From Campylobacterota bacterium (GTDB taxonomy: Bacteria; Campylobacterota; Campylobacteria; Campylobacterales; JAJVLF01): a stretch of 51,361 nt of DNA. The position numbers and the translations under genes were made by a program. Below are positions 7,919 through 17,730 of this stretch, one piece after another. The stretch is taken from NCBI GenBank assembly GCA_029255845.1, contig JAJVLF010000014.1, forward strand, positions 1 to 51,361, in the 5' to 3' direction. The notes beneath the pieces were generated by a model. It was not told the origin of the DNA and did not search any database. It saw only the letters and a list, made by a program, of their open reading frames with translations. Each line of letters starts with the position of its first letter. Positions within the stretch are counted from its first letter, which is position 1.

Positions 7919-9724
7919 TTATTTTTTTGTAAAATAATCCACTATATTTTCAGCATCTTTTTTAGTTAGAATATTAGAAATATCATCTATACTGGCTTTT
8001 TTAATAGCTTCAAAGGTGCCAAAATAATTTATTAATTTTTTAATCTTAGCCTCTTTAATGCCTTTAATATTCATTAAAGATATATGCTTATCTTCTTTTA
8101 ATTTTAAAGCACGATGATTCTTTATAGCAAATCTATGAGATTCATCTCTTAATTTTTGAGCGAAATGTAAAACTTTATCACTCGTGCTTAGTTTTAAGAT
8201 TTCATCATTTATATAGATTAAATCTTTCGCTTTTCCTTTTGCTCTATGTGCTTTGGCATCTATTTTTTCTTTCGCTATGGCTATTATGTCTATATTTAAG
8301 TTTCCTATTAGCTCTTTGGCTAAATTTAATAAGGCTTTTCCTCCATCTATTACCCATAAATCAGGTGCTTGGTTTTTATGGAAAGATAATGCTCTTCTAC
8401 TTAGCATTTCTTTCATTTGCTCGTATTCATAACTAGCTTCTAGTTTGTATTGTCTATAATCTGTCTTTTTAAAAGCATTATTTTCATACACTATCATTGA
8501 GCCCACTCTTGCTTGTTGTGAGTGATGGGAATTATCAAATGCTTCTATTCTGTAAGGGATGTTGTTAAGCTTGAAAACATCTTGGACTTTTTTTAGGAAA
8601 TCTAATTCACAAAAATTACCTTTTTTATCTAAAATAATCTTAGCATTCTTGCTAACCATATCTATTAGCTTTTTTTTCTCTCCTATTTTCGGGACATCTA
8701 TCGGGACTTTTTTGTCAAATACATCCTCAAGAAAACAATTAATATCATCTAAGCAATCAATATCTTCTGGAAATAAAATAAAATCAGGAGTAATTAGGGA
8801 TTCGTTTTTATAATAATTAATAACTCCATTTTTATAAAATTCTTCTTTGCTAGAGTCTGAACTATTGATACTCATTTGATAATCTGAAGATATGACTTTG
8901 CCAGCTCTCATAAAGACTTTCATCACAATCCACTTTTCAGCATTATTTTCTACAACAAAAATATCGATATTTGATTCATTCGCAAAATCAATAGAGCTAT
9001 CAAGTGATGATGTTTTTAGATTAGTGATTGCATTTCTTAGTTTTATGGCATTTTCAAAATTATTTTGCTCGGCATAAAATTGCATCTTAGTTTCTATTTT
9101 TTGAGTGAGTATTTTTTTATTATTTAAAGCTATCATAGCATCATCAACAAAATGCCTATATTCTTTAGAGCTAATTAGATTTTCACAAGGAGCAAGGCAT
9201 TTTTTAATCTGATAATAAATACATTTCTTTTTTCCTTTGAGGCAACTAGCAGATTGAACTAAAGGAAATGCATCATATAATGCCTCTAATATTTCCTTGT
9301 AAGAGTTTGTGAAAGGACCAAAATATTTAACTCCTTTTTTCTTAATCGCTCTTCTAGTCATAGCAAATCTAGGGAAATCATCTAAAAGATTTATATAAAT
9401 ATAGGGGAATGTTTTATCATCTCTTAGTAATATATTGTATTTTGGTTTTAATTGCTTAATTAAAGAGTTTTCTAAAATCAAAGCATCTTTTTCATTATCA
9501 GCCACGATAAATTCTAAGCTAGAGATACTACTAACCATCTTTTCTAATCGCTTACTTAGGTTTTTATTAGGGGCTAATGATGGAGTAAAATTAAAATAAT
9601 TTTTAACTCTTTTAGATAAATTTTTGGCTTTACCTATATAAATAAGCTTATCATTAGCATCATAATATTGGTAGATTCCACTCTCTTGTGGCAAAAATCT
9701 TATTTGTTCTAATAATTTATTCAA
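7919..9724 (-). CDS. uvrC: Excinuclease ABC subunit C
   Basis: GIY-YIG N-terminus (GIYQYYDANDKLIYIGKAKNLSKRVKNYF), UvrBC-interaction and C-terminal HhH regions, 601 aa. TTG start. Confidence 0.95.
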   Translation of the reverse strand: MNKLLEQIRFLPQESGIYQYYDANDKLIYIGKAKNLSKRVKNYFNFTPSLAPNKNLSKRLEKMVSSISSLEFIVADNEKDALILENSLIKQLKPKYNILLRDDKTFPYIYINLLDDFPRFAMTRRAIKKKGVKYFGPFTNSYKEILEALYDAFPLVQSASCLKGKKKCIYYQIKKCLAPCENLISSKEYRHFVDDAMIALNNKKILTQKIETKMQFYAEQNNFENAIKLRNAITNLKTSSLDSSIDFANESNIDIFVVENNAEKWIVMKVFMRAGKVISSDYQMSINSSDSSKEEFYKNGVINYYKNESLITPDFILFPEDIDCLDDINCFLEDVFDKKVPIDVPKIGEKKKLIDMVSKNAKIILDKKGNFCELDFLKKVQDVFKLNNIPYRIEAFDNSHHSQQARVGSMIVYENNAFKKTDYRQYKLEASYEYEQMKEMLSRRALSFHKNQAPDLWVIDGGKALLNLAKELIGNLNIDIIAIAKEKIDAKAHRAKGKAKDLIYINDEILKLSTSDKVLHFAQKLRDESHRFAIKNHRALKLKEDKHISLMNIKGIKEAKIKKLINYFGTFEAIKKASIDDISNILTKKDAENIVDYFTKK

Positions 9725-9869
9725 GTTCTTTATTTAAAGTCTCATAAGCTTTATTGGCTTTTTTAAACAATTGCTTTTGGTAATCAGCCCTTTCTTTAGC
9801 TTCATTATTAGAAGATGAGCAAGAAATAAAAAATAATACTAAGATAATAGAAATAGAGAGTTTAAACAT
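9717..9869 (-). CDS. Unannotated small lipoprotein (50 aa): MFKLSISIILVLFFISCSSSNNEAKERADYQKQLFKKANKAYETLNKELE
   Basis: Hand translation. RBS AAAGGA lies 7 nt upstream of the ATG at 9869. Signal peptide plus lipobox-like FISC. The stop overlaps the uvrC TTG start by 8 nt. It is below the 60-aa ORF-track threshold. Confidence 0.55.
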   Translation of the reverse strand: MFKLSISIILVLFFISCSSSNNEAKERADYQKQLFKKANKAYETLNKELE

Positions 9870-9923
9870 AATGTATCCTTTGAAGTGAAAATTTTATCAT
9901 TTATATTCTACTTTGTCAAAACA

Positions 9924-10553
9924 TTATTTTTTAGAATTAAAAATAAAAATCAATAAAAGCAAAATAACATTAATAGCTTTTACATTTAATTCTATCATTT
10001 TCATAGACTTTGAGAAATATTCAAGTATATTTTTATTTAGGACTATATCATTTTGATAAAATGTATTAAATATAGAATATATAACTATCTTAGCTTCATC
10101 TTTTTTCATATTTTGATGAAGCTTCACAAATGAATATATCCCATCCAAACTCATAGATAACACATCAATTTCAATATCCTTTGCTTTGCTTTTATGATAA
10201 GATTTATCTACTACAAGCAGTCTTGAAAGTATAGTCGGCAATAAAATTGACTTGCTAGGACATATTAAAACAATCATCACATTATCAGGAGGCTCTTCTA
10301 GTATTTTAAGCATTGCATTTTGAGCTTCTCTTTGGAATTTATTAAATAAAATTACTATCACTTTAAGCTCATAGCTCGATATATGGGATTCTTTGATTAT
10401 TTCTCTAGCTAAATCTATTTTAAAATTATCTTCTTTATAAGTCATACATCTTGAGTTTTTTTGGAGTTTCATTTTTAGAAAATTAAGCTCTATTTCTTGA
10501 TTTTCACTAATGATGATATGAGAATACTCTATGCTAGAATTCGATTTCGCCAT
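9924..10553 (-). CDS. holB: DNA polymerase III delta-prime subunit
   Basis: AQNAMLKILEEPPDNVMIVLICPSKSILLPTILSRL clamp-loader motif. Conserved position next to hobA. Confidence 0.8.
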   Translation of the reverse strand: MAKSNSSIEYSHIIISENQEIELNFLKMKLQKNSRCMTYKEDNFKIDLAREIIKESHISSYELKVIVILFNKFQREAQNAMLKILEEPPDNVMIVLICPSKSILLPTILSRLLVVDKSYHKSKAKDIEIDVLSMSLDGIYSFVKLHQNMKKDEAKIVIYSIFNTFYQNDIVLNKNILEYFSKSMKMIELNVKAINVILLLLIFIFNSKK

Positions 10554-11070
10554 ATATTTTCGCCATTATTGCTTGGTGGAATAATTTATATCCATCAAGA
10601 AGTTTTTTATCTATTAAATCATCTTTTTCAAAATAAATTCCATTTGTTGAGTTTGTCTCATTAAGCCACAACAAGCTATTATCTTTAGTATTAGTAAATC
10701 TAAAATACTTACTTTTCGCATCTCCGATATACCAAAATATAAACCCATTAGGAAAAGAAATATCAAGCATATCTGATAATTGCTCATATTGCTCACTTGT
10801 GGATATATTATCAAAATTAGGAAAAAATCCATTAAAATCAATAAAAGGAATAAAAGGCTCATCATAATTTGAATTAATCTTACTAACTGCATATTTCACA
10901 AACCATTGATTTTCAGTATCACTACATACCAAAATGCTTAGCCCATCTTCTATTGAGCTTAGAGTATTAATAGTAGTTCTTGCAAAATCAAATCTAATTT
11001 CTTCAAGCCAAATATCAAGACTTTTATCTTCTCTTATTCTATTTAAAATCCAAGATAAATATTCTTCCAT
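10534..11070 (-). CDS. hobA: DnaA-binding replication initiation protein HobA
   Basis: Similar by eye to H. pylori HobA (SILVCSDTENQWFVKYAVSKIN, LLWL, KLLDGYKLFHQAI regions). Conserved lysC-hobA-holB synteny of epsilonproteobacteria. Confidence 0.75.
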   Translation of the reverse strand: MEEYLSWILNRIREDKSLDIWLEEIRFDFARTTINTLSSIEDGLSILVCSDTENQWFVKYAVSKINSNYDEPFIPFIDFNGFFPNFDNISTSEQYEQLSDMLDISFPNGFIFWYIGDAKSKYFRFTNTKDNSLLWLNETNSTNGIYFEKDDLIDKKLLDGYKLFHQAIMAKIYGEIEF

Positions 11071-11071
11071 T

Positions 11072-12277
11072 TTATTTATCTAATTCATACACACTATGAA
11101 GAGAGCGAACAGCCAATTCTGCATATTTTTCATCAACGATAATAGATATTTTAATCTCACTAGTAGATACCATTAAGATATTTATATTTTCATCAGAAAG
11201 AGCAGTAAATCCATTACTAGCTACTCCTGTATGCGATTTCATCCCTATCCCTACTACAGATACTTTAGCTATATCTTCATCATATTCTATATTATCAAAT
11301 TCTTCATGATATTTTTTTAAAGCTTCTTTAGTAGATGCAAGCTCCCCATTTAAGACAGTAAAATCTACATTTGCCTTACCATCATGACCTACTGTCTGCA
11401 CAATCATATCTACATTTATATTTTTATCGCCTAATATAGTAAATAGCTCAGCTATAATTCCAGGCTTATCTTTCACACCTATCATACTCACTCTAGCTTG
11501 AGATTTATCTAATGCTATACCGCTTACTATCGGATGTTCCATATCTTTCCTTTCCTTTATAATCATAGTTCCTATATTATCATTAAAACTATTTCTAGTG
11601 CATAAATTGACAGAAAATTTCTTAGCCATTTCAACACTTCTACTTTGCAAAACCTTCGCCCCCAAACTCGCAAGCTCTAGCATTTCATCATAACAAATAG
11701 TATCTATTTTCTTAGCCTTAGGCTCAATCCTAGGATCAGTAGTATATACACCATCTACATCCGTATATATCTCACATATATCCGCCTTTAATGCCCCAGC
11801 AATAGCCACAGCAGATAAATCACTCCCACCTCTTCCTAATGTAGTAATATTCCCCTCTTTGCTTACACCCTGAAATCCAGCAATTATGACTATATTATTT
11901 TCCTCTAATCTACCATTAATCAAAGCAGTATCTACTTCTTCTATCTTAGCATTATTATGATGATTACTAGTTTTAATCCCTGCTAATCCCCCACTAAAAG
12001 AAACAGCCTTATGATTTTTAGCATTTAATGCTATAGCCAATAAAGAAGATGTTACTCTCTCTCCTGAGCTTAGTAATGCATCTAACTCTCTTTTATCTGG
12101 ATGTTCGCTAAAATGATGTCCATATTCTAGCAATCTATTAGTTTCCCCACTCATAGCAGAAACCACAACAACCATTTTATTATTTTCATTTTTGCATTTT
12201 ATTATTCTATCTGCTATAGCATCTATCCTCTCTATAGAGCCTACACTAGTCCCACCATATTTTTGAACTACTAGCAT
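11072..12277 (-). CDS. lysC: Aspartate kinase
   Basis: MLVVQKYGGTSVG N-terminus, kinase core, two C-terminal ACT-like regions, 401 aa. Confidence 0.95.
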   Translation of the reverse strand: MLVVQKYGGTSVGSIERIDAIADRIIKCKNENNKMVVVVSAMSGETNRLLEYGHHFSEHPDKRELDALLSSGERVTSSLLAIALNAKNHKAVSFSGGLAGIKTSNHHNNAKIEEVDTALINGRLEENNIVIIAGFQGVSKEGNITTLGRGGSDLSAVAIAGALKADICEIYTDVDGVYTTDPRIEPKAKKIDTICYDEMLELASLGAKVLQSRSVEMAKKFSVNLCTRNSFNDNIGTMIIKERKDMEHPIVSGIALDKSQARVSMIGVKDKPGIIAELFTILGDKNINVDMIVQTVGHDGKANVDFTVLNGELASTKEALKKYHEEFDNIEYDEDIAKVSVVGIGMKSHTGVASNGFTALSDENINILMVSTSEIKISIIVDEKYAELAVRSLHSVYELDK

Positions 12278-12738
12278 TACAAATAATTATTTTTTGTAAA
12301 ATAATTAACAGCTTTATCATAAATAAGTTTTTTTAAACTCGAAACCTTAGACAAACCATCAGATAATTCTAAAAACTCATGAGAAGAAAACTCCGCATCT
12401 TTTGTGCCAATATTTATATTTTTTCTATCAGTCTTAACAAGAAAATATTTCTGTTGCTGACCAATATAATTCCCCCATTTAAAATTAGGAAAATTATACT
12501 GAAACCACATAGGACAAGCCGCCACAATCTCAATATCCCCACTCTCAAGCCCCACTTCTTCATTAAGCTCTCTAATTAAAGCCTCCCTAGGAGTCTCCCC
12601 CTCATCTATCCCTCCTTGAGGAAACTGCCACACATTTTTCATATCTATTCTCTGCCCCACAAAAATATTATTTTTTTTAGGGTATGCCTCATCCACAATG
12701 ATACAGGCTACATTCTGACGGTATATTTTATTATCCAT
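12277..12738 (-). CDS. rppH: RNA pyrophosphohydrolase (Nudix hydrolase, NudA/RppH)
   Basis: Nudix box GGIDEGETPREALIRELNEEVGL. Same position as H. pylori HP1228 upstream of lysC. Confidence 0.85.
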   Translation of the reverse strand: MDNKIYRQNVACIIVDEAYPKKNNIFVGQRIDMKNVWQFPQGGIDEGETPREALIRELNEEVGLESGDIEIVAACPMWFQYNFPNFKWGNYIGQQQKYFLVKTDRKNINIGTKDAEFSSHEFLELSDGLSKVSSLKKLIYDKAVNYFTKNNYL

Positions 12739-12839
12739 TATTAATTATGCTACTTTTTTATATTTTATATCTATTACAGCATATTATATAATAAACTATG
12801 TTTAATTACCATTATTTTGTCTTTTATTTTAAAGAGAAC

Positions 12840-12881
12840 CTATTAAGTTAAGACTTAATGACAATGAAGAGAACCTCTAAA
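12840..12881 (-). repeat. Dispersed intergenic repeat, long copy (reverse complement TTTAGAGGTTCTCTTCATTGTCATTAAGTCTTAACTTAATAG). A second half-copy AAAGAGAACCTATTAAG lies at 12831-12847.
   Basis: 34/42 identity to 4897-4938. Contains hairpin ATTAAG/CTTAAT. Confidence 0.8.
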
Positions 12882-12976
12882 GCATATTCAACATCAAAAA
12901 CATAAAATAAATATCCATTATCATATTCTATTAATCAAGTTATTGATATACTATGGCAGTTTTAAAAAGGAATTGT

Positions 12977-14989
12977 ATGTCTTATAATTTTATTGTGGAG
13001 ATTGGGGTTGAAGAGCTTCCTGCTGTCCCTCTTATTAAAGAGCTTGGGAATATTGAGGGGAAGTATAAGAAGATACTTGAAGAGAATAAGCTTGATTGTG
13101 AGTTTGATTTTTTTTATACTCCAAGAAGGCTTGTTTTTGCTCATACAAATATGAAAGAAAAACAGGATGATTATGTTCAGGAGTTTTTTGGGGCTCCTAA
13201 GAGTATTGCTTTTAAGGATGGGGTTATTACTGGGGCTGGTAAGAGCTTTCTTGGTAAGCATAGTATTAGTGAGGGGGATGTTGAGACTACTGATAAAAAT
13301 GGGAAAGAAGTTCTTTATTATAAGAAATCAGTGAAGGGAGAGAAGCTTGGTGAGCTTATAGAGGGGATTTTAAATAAATTTCTTGCTTCTCTTGTTTTTG
13401 GTAAAACTATGCGATGGGGGAGAGGGGAGAAATCTTTTATTCGTCCTATTCGGTGGATTTTGCTTAAATTTAATGAGCAGACTTTGAATGCTAATTGCTA
13501 TGGGGTAGCTTCTTTAGGGGTTTCTTATGGGCATAGGGATATTGGTTATGAGCCTTTTGAGGTGAGTAGTTCTGGTGATTATTTGGGGCTTGTTGCTAAA
13601 AATAAGATTATTTTAAATCAAGATGATAGATTTGATATTATTAAAAAAGAAGTTTCCAAATTAGAGAAATCGCATAATATTAGCATTGCTTTAGATAGTG
13701 ATTTATTAAATGAGATTGTGGCTATTACTGAATATCCTACTCCTTTGCTTGGCTCTTTTGATGAGGAGTTTTTAGAGCTTCCTTTTGAGGTTGTTGTTAC
13801 TTCTATGAAAGAACATCAGAGGTATTTTGATGTGTATGAGAATGGTAAATTGACTAATAAATTTATTGTTGTTAGTAATTCTACTTGTGTTAATCAGGAT
13901 AAGGTGAAACAAGGCAATGAAAAAGTTTTGAAGGCAAGACTGCAAGATGCTATGTTTTTTTATCATAATGATATTAAAAATGGGCTTAGTAATGATGGAC
14001 TGGAAAATATTATTTTTATTAATAAGCTTGGAAGTATTAAGGATAAGGTGGATAGAGAGACTAAGATAGTGGAAATAATGGCTTTAGAATTAGAGGTTCA
14101 AAGTGATATCGCTTTAAAATCTATTAAGCTTAGTAAGGCGGACTTGTTGAGTGAGATGGTTTATGAATTTACGGAATTACAAGGTGTTATGGGATATTAT
14201 TATGCTTTAAATATGAAAGAGGATGAGGCGGTTGCTTTGGGGATAAAAGAGCAATATTATCCTTTGTCAGAGGATGGGGAGTTGCCTAGTAGCTTGGATG
14301 GGGCTATTGTTTCTATTAGTTGTAAGTTTGATTTGATATTTGCATTATTTAGTATTGGGATGATTCCTTCAGGCTCTAAAGACCCTTATGCTTTGAGACG
14401 GGCTAGTATTGGGATACTTAGGATTATTAGAGAATTTGATTTAGATATTGATTTAAAAAAAGTTTTTAATAAATTAGCTCCTATTTATGATAGTAAGATT
14501 GAATATGAGAGTATTGAGAAGTTTTTTTATGAGAGATTTGCTGGGTTTATGGATGTGAATAAATCGGCTATTAATGCTGTGCTTTCTACTAAAGAGAGTA
14601 ATCTTAATAATATTATTAAAAAAATATCTTCGCTATCTATGGTGCTAGAGCAAGATTCTTTTAGGAAGAACTTCTCATTTATTAAAAGAATATCTAATAT
14701 TTTAAATTCAAATAATAAAATAGAAAATGTGAAAAGTGAGCTATTTGAGACTGATTATGAGCATAATCTTTATGATAATTTTATTAAAATTAGAGATGAA
14801 AAATTTGAGACTTATTTTGATAAGCTTGAGGCATTATTTTCTTTAGAGGTTTATTTATCTGAATTTTTTGATAATGTGATGGTTAATAGTGATGATGAGG
14901 CTATTAAAATTAATAGAACTTCTTTGCTTAATGAGATAAATTTAGAATTTAAAAAGATAGCTGATATAAAAATGCTAAGCAAAGATTAA
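12977..14989 (+). CDS. glyS: Glycine--tRNA ligase beta subunit
   Basis: MSYNFIVEIGVEELP start is typical of GlyS, with RBS AAAGGA 6 nt upstream. The ORF-track start at 12953 adds 8 unlikely residues. Confidence 0.92.
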   Translation: MSYNFIVEIGVEELPAVPLIKELGNIEGKYKKILEENKLDCEFDFFYTPRRLVFAHTNMKEKQDDYVQEFFGAPKSIAFKDGVITGAGKSFLGKHSISEGDVETTDKNGKEVLYYKKSVKGEKLGELIEGILNKFLASLVFGKTMRWGRGEKSFIRPIRWILLKFNEQTLNANCYGVASLGVSYGHRDIGYEPFEVSSSGDYLGLVAKNKIILNQDDRFDIIKKEVSKLEKSHNISIALDSDLLNEIVAITEYPTPLLGSFDEEFLELPFEVVVTSMKEHQRYFDVYENGKLTNKFIVVSNSTCVNQDKVKQGNEKVLKARLQDAMFFYHNDIKNGLSNDGLENIIFINKLGSIKDKVDRETKIVEIMALELEVQSDIALKSIKLSKADLLSEMVYEFTELQGVMGYYYALNMKEDEAVALGIKEQYYPLSEDGELPSSLDGAIVSISCKFDLIFALFSIGMIPSGSKDPYALRRASIGILRIIREFDLDIDLKKVFNKLAPIYDSKIEYESIEKFFYERFAGFMDVNKSAINAVLSTKESNLNNIIKKISSLSMVLEQDSFRKNFSFIKRISNILNSNNKIENVKSELFETDYEHNLYDNFIKIRDEKFETYFDKLEALFSLEVYLSEFFDNVMVNSDDEAIKINRTSLLNEINLEFKKIADIKMLSKD

Positions 14990-14991
14990 TA

Positions 14992-17730
14992 TTGGATAGT
15001 TATGTATTTCTAAAAGCAAGTGCAGGAACAGGAAAGACCTTTGCTATTGTAGTTAGGTATATCTCTTTGCTTTTAAATAATGCAAAACCTAATGAAATAT
15101 TAGCTCTTACTTTTACAAATAAAGCTACTAAAGAAATGCAAGATAGGATTTTTGAGGTGGTGGATAATCTTCATAAAAAAGAATATAAGGATTATTTAGA
15201 TTTTATTTCCAAAGAAAGCTCTTTAAGTGCAAGTGAAGTGCTAGAAAAACAAGGTGGCATTAAGACATTATTGCTTCAAAGTGAAAATAATATACTAACT
15301 ATTGATAGTTTTTTAGATAGTATTTTAAGGCTTTTTTCTTGGTATGCTAAATTAAATAATGATTATGATATATCGCAAGATAATAAAGATGATTTTTTAG
15401 AGTGGCTTTTTAGAAAAAGTAATATGGAGGACTTGGAGACTATTAGTCAGGTATCTATCGATGTGAGTATGAATTTGGATGATATTTTACAAAGTGTTTA
15501 TACTTTATATAGTAAGAATATCACTGTTCATAATAATAGTGAGCAAAGCATTGATAGGGGCATAGAAGATGATATTATGGCTTTAGCTAATAAGATAAAA
15601 AATCATATCTTAGTTAGTTTATCAGCTTCGCCTAGTGCTAAAAAGGCTGTGAATTTTGAGAATGTGCAAGAGTTATTGACTAAAACTTGGCTGGTTAAAA
15701 ATGAGCTTAATGAATACTCTTATTTTAAGAAAAAAGAAATAAATATATCTTCTTTAGATAATGTTTTTTATGCGATTAAAGAAAAGATTGCTATTTATAT
15801 GAAGCAAGAAGAGATTAAAAATCTTTCTTTTTTGCTTAGGGCTTTTAAGAAGATATTTAATCATAGAGAGCAATATAAGAAAATAAAAAGTTCTGTTTCT
15901 TTTGATGATATTACCATTAAAGTGCATAATCTATTAAGGGAGAAGATAGAAAGCTCTTTTTTGTATTTTAGATTAGATAATAAAATATCTCATTTATTGA
16001 TAGATGAGTTTCAAGATACTAGCATTTTGCAATTTAAGATATTAGAGCCAATTATAGAAGAGATTGTTTCAGGCTCTGGGATTAAGGAAAATAGGACATT
16101 GTTTTTTGTGGGAGATGAGAAGCAGTCTATTTATAGATTTAGAGGAGCGAATAAAAATCTTATTGATTATCTTTTGAATAAGTATGATAATATAAAGAAG
16201 AAATTTTTAGATGTGAATTTTCGTAGCTTTAATGGATTAGTGGATTATTCTAATAACTCTTTTAAGAGTTATTTTAATGATTTTGTGGAAGTTAAAAGTA
16301 ATAAAAAAACTAATGGATATATTAAAATAAAATCTTGTGATAAAGAGGATATTTTAGATAATCTTATTTTAAATATTAAATTTCTATTATCTAAAAATGT
16401 GGATATTAATGATATAGGGATATTATCTTTTTCTAATAAAATGCTAATAGCAATAGAAGATAAAATTCTTAGTGAAATCCCTCAAACAAAGGTAGTAACA
16501 GAAACTTCATCTATGCTTATTAATGAAAGAAAAGTTAAGGCTATTATAGAGTATATAAGATATATTTATTTTCAAGATGAGATATATTGGTTTAATTTTT
16601 CTACTATTATAGGAGAAAGCTCATTTGAGTTTGAAAGATTTGATTTAAAAATAGATAGGGATACTTCTATTGAAAATATGGTTTTATCTATTATGAAGCA
16701 TTATGATTTAGTGGATGAGAATACTTTGTATTTTTTAGATTTATGTTTTGATTATAAGGATATTTATTCTTTTATTTATAATATAGATATGCTTCAAGCT
16801 TCTATCGTTTCAAAGTCCAATAATGGGATTAAGCTTATGACTATTCATAAATCTAAAGGTTTGGAGTTTGCACATTTGATATTAGTAGATAATTTAGGGC
16901 AAGATAAGGCAAATACTAATAAACTTATCTTCAAGCAAGATAATATGGATAAAGAAGAGATATTTTTTAGGCAAAAAAATAGAGAATTTTTTGATTTAGA
17001 ATATAGAGATTTATTAGAGCAAAATAAAAAGCTGGATAATGAAGACTCTTTAAATGTCTTGTATGTAGCTATCACTAGGGCAAAAGAATCTCTTTGTATT
17101 ATCAAGAAAGATAAAAATTCTAAATTTGACATTTTAGGGCTTAAAGATGATACAATAGGGGAAATTGGAGAGCCTGAAAATAAAGATAGCAAAGAGCTAT
17201 CTTATGACTCAAAGATAGTTAAGCTAAAATCTTATGGGAAACAAGATGATTTTTTGCAAAAAGAAGAGCTTTCAAGTGATTTAAGCTCGGTATATTTTGG
17301 GATGGCTATTCATTATATGTTTGAATGTGTGGATTTTAATGATATGAATAATCTTAATGTGCCTTATAATCTAATGCTTAATAAATATGGCTCATTATTA
17401 GATAATAAAACTATAAATATCATTAAGTCTTATGTTGAAATCGCTATCAATAATGAGGACTTTTTGTCATTAATTAAAGGATATAGAATTAAAAAAGAAG
17501 TGCAATTTACTTATAATAAAAAAATAGGAATTATTGATTTATTAATTGAGAAAGATGATGAATTTATTATTATTGATTATAAAAGCTCTAAAGAAGAAAA
17601 GGCTTCAAATTACATTAATCAAATGAAGTTTTATCGTGATAGTGTTTTTCATTGCTTTAATAAAAAAGCTAGAAGTTATTTATATTTTATAGGAAAACAG
17701 CCAATACTAGAGGAAATTACTAATGATTAG
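14992..17730 (+). CDS. addA: AddA-type helicase-nuclease (UvrD-like helicase + RecB-family nuclease)
   Basis: Walker A ASAGTGKTF, UvrD-family motifs (LIDEFQDTS, FFVGDEKQSIYRFRGA, MTIHKSKGLEF, LYVAITRAK) and a C-terminal PD-(D/E)XK motif (IIDLLIE..IIIDYKS). TTG start. Confidence 0.85.
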   Translation: MDSYVFLKASAGTGKTFAIVVRYISLLLNNAKPNEILALTFTNKATKEMQDRIFEVVDNLHKKEYKDYLDFISKESSLSASEVLEKQGGIKTLLLQSENNILTIDSFLDSILRLFSWYAKLNNDYDISQDNKDDFLEWLFRKSNMEDLETISQVSIDVSMNLDDILQSVYTLYSKNITVHNNSEQSIDRGIEDDIMALANKIKNHILVSLSASPSAKKAVNFENVQELLTKTWLVKNELNEYSYFKKKEINISSLDNVFYAIKEKIAIYMKQEEIKNLSFLLRAFKKIFNHREQYKKIKSSVSFDDITIKVHNLLREKIESSFLYFRLDNKISHLLIDEFQDTSILQFKILEPIIEEIVSGSGIKENRTLFFVGDEKQSIYRFRGANKNLIDYLLNKYDNIKKKFLDVNFRSFNGLVDYSNNSFKSYFNDFVEVKSNKKTNGYIKIKSCDKEDILDNLILNIKFLLSKNVDINDIGILSFSNKMLIAIEDKILSEIPQTKVVTETSSMLINERKVKAIIEYIRYIYFQDEIYWFNFSTIIGESSFEFERFDLKIDRDTSIENMVLSIMKHYDLVDENTLYFLDLCFDYKDIYSFIYNIDMLQASIVSKSNNGIKLMTIHKSKGLEFAHLILVDNLGQDKANTNKLIFKQDNMDKEEIFFRQKNREFFDLEYRDLLEQNKKLDNEDSLNVLYVAITRAKESLCIIKKDKNSKFDILGLKDDTIGEIGEPENKDSKELSYDSKIVKLKSYGKQDDFLQKEELSSDLSSVYFGMAIHYMFECVDFNDMNNLNVPYNLMLNKYGSLLDNKTINIIKSYVEIAINNEDFLSLIKGYRIKKEVQFTYNKKIGIIDLLIEKDDEFIIIDYKSSKEEKASNYINQMKFYRDSVFHCFNKKARSYLYFIGKQPILEEITND

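Noticed and set aside
12953-12976. ORF-track start of glyS at 12953, and likewise of pgi at 38415.
   Set aside because: Downstream ATGs (12977; 38469) have proper RBS or family-typical N-termini. The longer pgi version overlaps the divergent PMM gene.
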